Below, one piece after another: positions 38,030-45,644 of a stretch of DNA of 45,644 nucleotides (positions are counted from its first letter, which is position 1; every line of letters begins with the position of its first letter). Made by a program: the position numbers and the translations under genes. The notes beneath the pieces were generated by a model. That model made no database searches and had not been told where the DNA came from. It saw only the letters and a list, made by a program, of their open reading frames with translations. Origin of the DNA: Leucoraja erinacea (taxonomy: Eukaryota); NCBI RefSeq assembly GCF_028641065.1, contig NW_026576170.1, positions 124,001 to 169,644 on the forward strand, read 5' to 3'.

Positions 38030-38828
38030 TCGGTAATCATGAAATGCTTCGAGAGGCTGGTGAAGAAACACATCTGCGCCTTCCTCCCTCGCAACATAGA
38101 CCTGTTACAGTTCGCATACCGTCCGAACAGATCCACGGACGATGCGGTCTCCCAGGTTTTGCACACCGCTCTCTCCCATCTGGACAGCCAGAAGGGGGGC
38201 TACGTGAGGATGTTGTTCATACACTTCAGTTCAGCCTTAAACACGATAGTCCCCACCAGACTGGACGAGAAGCTACTGGAATTAGGGCTCAACACCCCAC
38301 TGTGTGCCTGGGCCCTGGACTTTCTCGCCGCCAGGCCCCAGGTAGTCAAGATGGGAGGAAATACATCGAAGTCCCTCACCCTGAGCAAAGGATCGCCCCA
38401 GGGTTGCGTCCTCAGCCCCCTATTTTACTCCCTGTACACACATGACTGTGTGGCTAGGTTCAGCTCCAACTCAATAATCAAGTTTGCTGATGACACTGTG
38501 GTAGTGGGCCGGATCTCAGACAACGATGAGAAGGCCGACCGATAGGAGGTGGCTGATCTAGCACTCTGGGGTCAGGACAACAGCCTCCGATTGAACATCA
38601 AAAAACTAAGGAGCTGATCATGGACTTTAGGAGGGCACATCATCCTATGACGTACACACCATTGAGCATAAATGGGGATACTGTGGATAGGGTGAACTCT
38701 TTTAAATATCTGGGAGTCCACATCTCTGAGGATATGACATGGACATCACACGCCGCAGCACTTTTCATTTCACTCACATCTCGTACGTGTATGTGACGAA
38801 TAAACTTGACTTGACTTGACTTGACTCG
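38030..38828 (+). mobile_element. Rex1/Babar RT fragment with (GACTT)n tail; copy-3-specific
   Basis: [31 protein letters not shown] and KFADD motifs. Absent at the homologous site ~23005. Confidence 0.9.
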
Positions 38829-39010
38829 TGTAGAAATCACATGCATTTCTCAATGTATACATCAAAACATCGTAATAATTCCCATTTTCTCCACACGGCC
38901 GAAGCGACTGCACATCTGCCCGTAGCCTTTGGACGGATGACGTTAATACTGTGTTGTTTCTTTTTAGAATCGTGGCATCATAGAGTCTTATTGCGTGGAA
39001 ACACACCCTT

Positions 39011-39545
39011 AGAAACATAGAAACATAAAAATAGGTGCAGAAGTAGGCTATTCGGCCCTTCGAGCCTGCACCGCCATTCAATATGATCATGGCTGATCAT
39101 CCAACTCAGTATCCTGTACCTGCCACCTCTAACTCCCTCTTGAATATAGCCAATGAACTGGCCTCAACTGCCTTCTGTGGCAGAGAATTCCAGAGATTCA
39201 CCACTCTCTGTGTGAAAAATGTTTTCCTCATCTCGGTCCTAAAAGATTTCCCCCTTATCCTTAAACTGTAACCCCTTGTTCTGGACTTCCCCAACATCGG
39301 GAACAAGGTTCCTGCATCTAATCTGTCGAACCCCTTAAGAATTTTGTAAGTTTCAATAAGATCTCCCCTCAATCTTCTAAATTCTAGCGCGTACAAGTCG
39401 AGTCTATCCAGTCTTTCTTCATATCAAAGTCCTGACATCCCAGGAATCAGTCTGGTGAACCTTCTCTGTACAAAAATGTCTGTCTTCAGATTAGGAGACC
39501 AAAACTGTGCACAATACTCCAGGTGTGGTCTCACCAGGACCCTAT
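39011..39545 (-). mobile_element. CR1 3' fragment with 8-bp TSD; copy-3-specific
   Basis: TSD ACACCCTT at 39003-39010 and 39546-39553. Empty site at ~22815-22830. Confidence 0.88.
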
Positions 39546-40170
39546 ACACCCTTCGGCCCAAATTGCCCACACCAGCCAACATGGTCCATCTTCACTAGTC
39601 CTACCTGCATGCATTTCGTCCATATCCTCAACATCCGTTCTATCCATGTATATGTCAACGCTCTTCATAAACTCTGCGACTGTGCCTGCCTTAACTACTA
39701 CCTCCGGCAGCTCGTTCCAAGCGCCGCCCCCTTTGTATGAAAAAGTTACCCTTCAGGTCTCTATTAAATCTACTCCCCACTCACTTTGAATCTATGTTCT
39801 CTGTTTCTCGATCCACCTAATCTGGCCAAGAGACTCTGTGAGTTTACCCAATCTATTCCATTTGTGAATATGCACCTTATTATTGTTTCGCGTAACAATC
39901 TCAGGCTTCGCACCATCACTGCCGGTTACAAGAACAAATATGCCTTCCTCAATCACGGTTTATTCAAGCGGATGCGAATACTCTCGGGGGGAAGCTGGAT
40001 TCTGGCTACGTGTATTTTAATTGGCTGAGACCCAGCTGCCCACGCACATCTCTGACTCCAATCACTGGGGGCACACCGCAGTGACAGCGAACATCCGGAG
40101 ACCAGCAGACACGATCCAGTTTTTGTCTCTTCAAGTTTCGAACTGAGCTAGTACATAGTGAACGGGTAAA

Positions 40171-40641
40171 ATGCGTTTCATCGGCATCTGTGTTGTGTGG
40201 GGAGCGTTTCTCACAGGTAATTCTGGATCAATATTTTCAGTTCCCCTCGCCCTTCTCAGTGAGATTTTGGCTTGAGAAGTGCAATCTCATGGCACTCCGG
40301 TGTCTGTTACTATCTCAATATATTTATTTTACAGTCACCATTCACGGAGAATCTGTCACACAGCCACTGCCCTCTGCGACGAAGACAAAAGGAGAAGCGG
40401 TGACTTTAACCTGTAACTATGATACCACATGGACAACATATGCTTTATTGTGGTACCGACAATATCCAGGCATGCAGCCCGAGTTTACTATGTCGAGAGA
40501 CACCAGCAACAATGAAGATAAGGCCCAATACGCTGATACTCGTTTCTCTATTGAGCTCAATACCGCGACTAAGTTCACCAGCTTGAGTATCTCAGGGCTG
40601 GATCTCAGCGACTCTGCAGTCTATTACTGCGCACTGGGGCG
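40171..40641 (+). CDS. TRAV/TRDV: TCR alpha/delta-type V gene (V4), inverted paralog of V3: leader 40171-40216, V exon 40335-40641
   Basis: Same leader peptide and splice sites as V3. Intact V domain with 6 aa differences from V3. Confidence 0.95.
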
Positions 40642-40679
40642 CACAGTGATGGAAACAAGTTAAGCCCCTTACAAAAACA
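40642..40679 (+). other. RSS of V4 (22-bp spacer)
   Basis: CACAGTG atggaaacaagttaagcccctt ACAAAAACA. Confidence 0.95.
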
Positions 40680-41867
40680 TCGCCTTTGTCTTGCTCTCTG
40701 CTCCGCTCATGCGGTAGGATGTGCCTGCTTCCCTGTTCTCTCTCAGTTGTCGGTTTGCTTTCATTGTGTGCAGGTGTCCTGGTGGTTTTATTGTTTCCAA
40801 CTGTGAGCTGCTTCTCCGGAATCCGTTTCCATAACATTAGCCGCGAGCTCAAGAGAATTACAAAAGCTCTTATGACAGCGAGATAGAACATGTGACCAGA
40901 GATCTGAAACGTGTGTTCTGTTTCATTCTCTCTCAGTCCTGGATAACCTGGTTAATAACTGCAGAATTTTCTGTTTTAATCAGACTAACTAGGGTGTCAC
41001 TGGATGGAGGATTGGCTGGCCCGTAATTGTCGCAATTACGTTAACCAATTCCACTTCACCAACACCCTGGCAGACTTTCTAATTTCAGCTGGTCATTGGC
41101 CTTCACTTATTGCAGAAAAATCGTCCGGGACGCGGGAAGAATAGGAAGTCAATAAACCAAACTATTTAACGCAAATGGCGGATGCAGTAATGCAGATGGG
41201 TAGTTCACCATTGGGCCTTGCTGAGTAATCCAGATCTGTGTCGCTGGATATATCACTAGACACCAGATGCATAGCTACAGTAACTGCTAAAATAAATACC
41301 CTGATGGATATGCCCGTGAGGTAAGTAAAATTAAACCCTTTGAATACACCTGGCGCCTTTCCAAATGGGTGACTGCACAAATGTGCAAATACCTTAATGC
41401 AGTAATTACTGTTTTTGCTCCATGAGCCGGTACTGAATTACTTCTCTGCATCGCTATAGTCTGGGAATTCCTCCACAACATCAACATGACAACACCTTCA
41501 CTAGATCATAGCTCTACTATACTCCCTCGAGGGACTTCGCAAAAAGGATAGTTTGAGCAGTGTATGAATATATTTGGCGGCATAGTGTCGTAGCTGGAGA
41601 GTTGCTCCCTTACACTGAAGACCCACCGGAAGGTAAACTAATTCCCAAGTGGGACAGGGGCATTACACTGTCAGAGACCCCTTTAGATCCTGAGTACGGT
41701 GCTGACAGTAACGATTTAGTAAATTCTCCCGTTTGGACAAAATGGCGGCGCCTCGCAGCAGCGGCCCCTACGGTCTGTCTTTTATTTATGTTTGTCTTGT
41801 TAGGTGTATGATTTAGTTTATTAGCTGTGTTTGTGTGTGTGGAGGGAGGACGTTTGCGGGGGGAGGT

Positions 41868-41898
<31 letters not shown>

Positions 41899-43339
41899 GG
41901 GGTGTTGGGGGGGGGGGTTAAATCTCTTCCCTGTACGGGGACTCGTACGCGACATTTTCACTGTCGAGCCGTCGTTGTCGTAGGGGCCTAACATCGTGCA
42001 GCCGGAGCGGGCCGACGTCGGAGCGCGGAGCGTTGTGGCGACGCGCGGCTGCGACCCGACTTCGGGGCTGCTGAGGCTCCGTCCGCAGACCCTGTGGGCG
42101 GTAACATCGGGAGCTCGCATGTCCCTGGTGGGAGACCGCTTTTCGGAGCTTGCGTAACGGTAACATCTCCCGCTCGAATCGAGGGGTTTAAATCAACCCG
42201 TAGCAGGACTCTCTATCGCCCGACGCGGCGCGGGACTTACCATCGCCCCCCGGGGGCTCCAACATCAAAAGCCTCGATCAGCTCGATGCAGCAATTTGAC
42301 TTCCAGAATGCGGAAGAAGAATTAAGAACAGAGAAGGGAAGAGATAATATTTTTGCCTCCCATCACAGTGAGGAGTTGTTTGGAGATTCACTGTGATGGA
42401 TGTTTGTGTGCAATTGAGATAATTGTGTTTTTTTGTTGTTGTTATGACTGCAGGAACGTAATTTCGTTTGAACCTATGTTTAAATGGCAGTCCAACCTCA
42501 CGGTGTGCATGTGGTGAGCAGTAAACAATGCAACACATCATTGAAGCATGTCCTCAACAAAGACTCAAAGGAGGACTTGTCACCCTTCGTACAGCAGATC
42601 AAGAGGCAACTGCTTGGCTAAAGGACTTTGCATTCGCTAAATAAATAATGACAATAAACCGCATTCTGATTCCGATTCTGATTCTGATGACTGCCTGGGT
42701 TTTCTCCGGGTGTACCGGATTCTACCCTGTCTCGAAATGCGTATTTTTTAATATCTGCAAATTGTAACTTGTCAGCTTGTAGTACAGTGCTACTGTATGC
42801 GGTGATCGTTGGTAAGCGCAGTTTATGTAGGAAGAAGGGCCTGTGTCCACGACGGACCTTTGAAATCTTCAGCCTATATTCCTTGGGCGGAGGAGGCTGA
42901 GTCTATGAAATCATTATCGATTGGACAACGTGAATCACACGTGAATCTCAGTGGGAAACTTTGATTATGCTGTGTGGGGATGTTTTGTGTTGGGCTCTAT
43001 CGTGTGTTGTGTTCTTTATTTTATTGTATGGTTATATGGTGACCACACATTTCACTGTACCAACTGGTACATGTGACAAATAAATGTATCTTGTATCTTG
43101 TACTTTACCCAGAGTTGGAGAATCAAGAACCAGAGGAATTAGGTTAAAGGCGAGAGGGGAAATATTTAACTGGAACGGGAAGGAAACGTTTGCTCTTGAG
43201 AAGGTAATCGGTATCAATTGGGGTCCTTGTACATCACTCACTGAACGTAAGCATGCAGGTACAGCAGGCAGTGAAGACAGCTAATTGCACGTTGGCCTTC
43301 ATAACAAGTGGAATTGAGTATAGGAGCAAATATGTTAAT

Positions 43340-44310
43340 TCTGATTCAGATTTCAGATTCAGATTCACCTAACGACTGCACACCTGTACATGGCACTAAC
43401 ACCATCATCAAGTATGCAGATGATACAACGGTGATTGTTCTCATCAGCAACAACGACGAATCGGCCTATAGGGAGGAGGTCCAGCTCCTAGCAGCATGGT
43501 GCGCTGACAACAATCTGGATACTTAACTCCAAGAAGACCAATGAGCTCATTGTAGATTTCAGGAAGTCTAGGGGCGGCGCGCACACTCCCATCCACATCA
43601 ACGGGACGGAGATGGAACGTGTTTCCAGCTTCAGGTTCCTGGGGGTCAATCATCTCCGATGACCTCTCTTGGATCCACAATACCTCAACTCTGGTCAAAA
43701 AGGCTCACCAGCGTCTCTTATTCTTGAGGAGACTGAAGAAGGTCCACCTGTCTCCTCAGATTCTGGTGAACTTCTACCGCTGCACCATCGAGAGCATCCT
43801 TACCAACTGTATCACAGTATGGTATGGCAACTGCTCTGTCTCCGAACGGAAAGCACTGCAGAGGGTGGTGAAAATTGCCCAACGCATCACCGGTTCCTCA
43901 CTCCCCTCCATTGAGTCTGTCCAAAGCAAGCGTTGTCTGCGAAGGGCGCTCAGCATAACCAAGGACTGCTCTCACCGCAACCATGGACTGTTTACCCACA
44001 TACCATCCGGAATGCGCTACAGGTCTCTCCTTTGCCGGAAAAGCAGGTCCAGGAACAGCTTCTTCACTGCGGCTGCCACACTACTCAACAATGTACCTCG
44101 GTCACCCCCACCCCTTCCACCCGCCCGGACACTCCTCCCACAGGAAAAACACTATGACTATATGCATGTAAATAGATTTATTTATTGGAATCGTATTCTA
44201 TGTTGCTCTTCCAGGGAGATGCTAACTGCATTTCGTTGTCTCTGTACTGTACACTGACAATGACAATTAAAGTTGAATCTGAATCTGAATTTGAATCTGA
44301 ATCTGAATAT
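43340..44310 (+). mobile_element. Rex1/Babar LINE 3' fragment with (TCTGAA)n tail; copy-3-specific
   Basis: IIKYADDTTV and KKAHQRLLFLRRLKK...FYRCTIESIL. Confidence 0.9.
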
Positions 44311-44869
44311 GTGAATATAATGGAGCGGCTGGGCTTGTATACACTGGAATTTAGTAGGATGAGAGGAGATATTTTTGAAACATAAGAGATTATTAAGGGA
44401 TTGGACACGTTGGAGGCGAATTGAGCGGAGGTGTTCAACGAAACGATCCTGCACGTTGCCGAGGATTGTGCCTATTAATTTACTTGCCACAGTCGAGCCC
44501 CCCTAGTTTAAAAAGTAACACATGTGTTTGTGCAATAAATTAGTTTATGGGTCTGGAAGCAGAGAGAGATGATACTGCAGACAGGACGGAGATGGAAAAA
44601 AGCTGATTAGCTTCCTTTGAATAGACAATATGTGCAGCAGTAGTGCATTCGGCCCTTCGAGCCAACACCGCCATTCAATGTGATCATGGCTGATCATCCC
44701 CAATCAGTACCCCGTTCCTGCATTCTCCTCATATCCCCTGACTCCGATATTTTTAAGAGCCATCTCCAGCTCTCTCTTGACAGTATACAGAGAACCGACA
44801 CCCTGAGGCACAGAATACCACATACTCACCACACGGTGTGAATATTTGTTTCCGCATCTACATCTAAAT

Positions 44870-45602
44870 AGGACGTACAAGGTAAATGGTAGGGAATTGA
44901 AGAATGCAGGTGAACAGAGGGATCAGGGAATAACTGTGCACAGTTTCCTGAAAGTGGAATCTCATGTAGATAGGGTGGTAAAGAAAGCTTTTGGTGTGCT
45001 GGCCTTTAGAAATCAGAGCATTGAGTATAGAAGTTGGGATGTAATGTTAAAATTCTACAAGGCATTGGTGAGGCCAATTCTGGAGTATGGGGTACAATTT
45101 TGGTCGCCTAATTATAAGAAGGATGTCAACAAAATAGAGAGAGTACAGAGGAGATTTACTAGAATGTTGCCTGGGTTTCAGCAACTAAGTTACAGAGAAA
45201 GGTTGAACAATTTAGGGCTTTATTCTTTGGAGCGCAGAAGGTTAAGAGGGGTCTTGATAGAGGTCTTTAAAATGATGAGAGGGATAGACAGAGTTGACGT
45301 GGATAAGCTTTTTCCACTGAGAGTAGGGAAGATTCAAACAAGAGTACATGACTTGAGAATTAAGGGACAGAAGTTTAGGGGTAACATGAAGGGGAACTTC
45401 TTTACTCAGAGAGTGGTGGCAGTGTGGAATGGGCTTCCAGTGAAGGTGGTGGAGGCAGGTTCGTTTTTATCATTTAAAAATAAATTGTACAGTTATATGG
45501 ACGGGAAAGGAATGGAGGGTTATGGTCTGAACGCAGGTATATGGGACTCGAGATGGCCTGGTTCCGTGCTGTAATTGTTATATGGTTATATGGTTATATG
45601 GT
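44870..45602 (+). mobile_element. Second-family CR1 3' fragment with (ATATGGTT)n tail nested in an older CR1
   Basis: ORF 44846-45574 (YKALVRPILEYGVQFWSP...FFTQRVVAVWN), flanked by a TAAAT duplication (44865-44869, 45603-45607). Confidence 0.88.
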
Positions 45603-45644
45603 TAAATGGCTTACCCCTTATTCTTAAACAGTGGCCCTGGTTCT

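Larger units (their letters stand above)
36665..45644 (-). repeat. Inverted segmental duplication (cassette copy 3) carrying V4
   Basis: The reverse complement matches 24308 back to ~18250. 41640-45644 also matches 36460 back to ~34033. Confidence 0.9.

Noticed and set aside
1-45644. D, J or C segments, tRNA/rRNA genes, CRISPR arrays
   Set aside because: None recognised by eye. The tRNA-like boxes belong to SINE heads.

Overview
This is vertebrate genomic DNA, most likely from a cartilaginous fish (skate/ray-like, inferred from the repeat families and the GPCR family). It is part of a T-cell receptor alpha/delta-type V-segment array. Four V segments are present, each with a recombination signal (heptamer, 22/23-bp spacer, nonamer). 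Three are on the minus strand (~2.7, ~7.5 and ~21.7 kb) and one is inverted on the plus strand (~40.2 kb). Two intact, two-exon, 327-aa class A GPCR genes of the GPR139/GPR142-like type are interleaved among them (13858-16572 and 29691-32062). GPCR and V segment appear to have been amplified together as one cassette. 12.7-20.3 kb is directly repeated at 28.5-36.4 kb, and 18.25-24.3 kb is repeated in inverted orientation from 36.67 kb. Inverted homology to cassette copy 2 continues to the last base of the window, which predicts a third GPCR just outside it. Both paralog pairs differ mostly at their recognition surfaces: GPCR extracellular loops and V CDRs. The rest is decayed CR1 and Rex1/Babar LINEs, SINEs, MITEs and Penelope-like palindromic elements with hammerhead-ribozyme cores, plus several CTCF-like and octamer motifs. 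Repeat boundaries and alignments were made by eye and are approximate.
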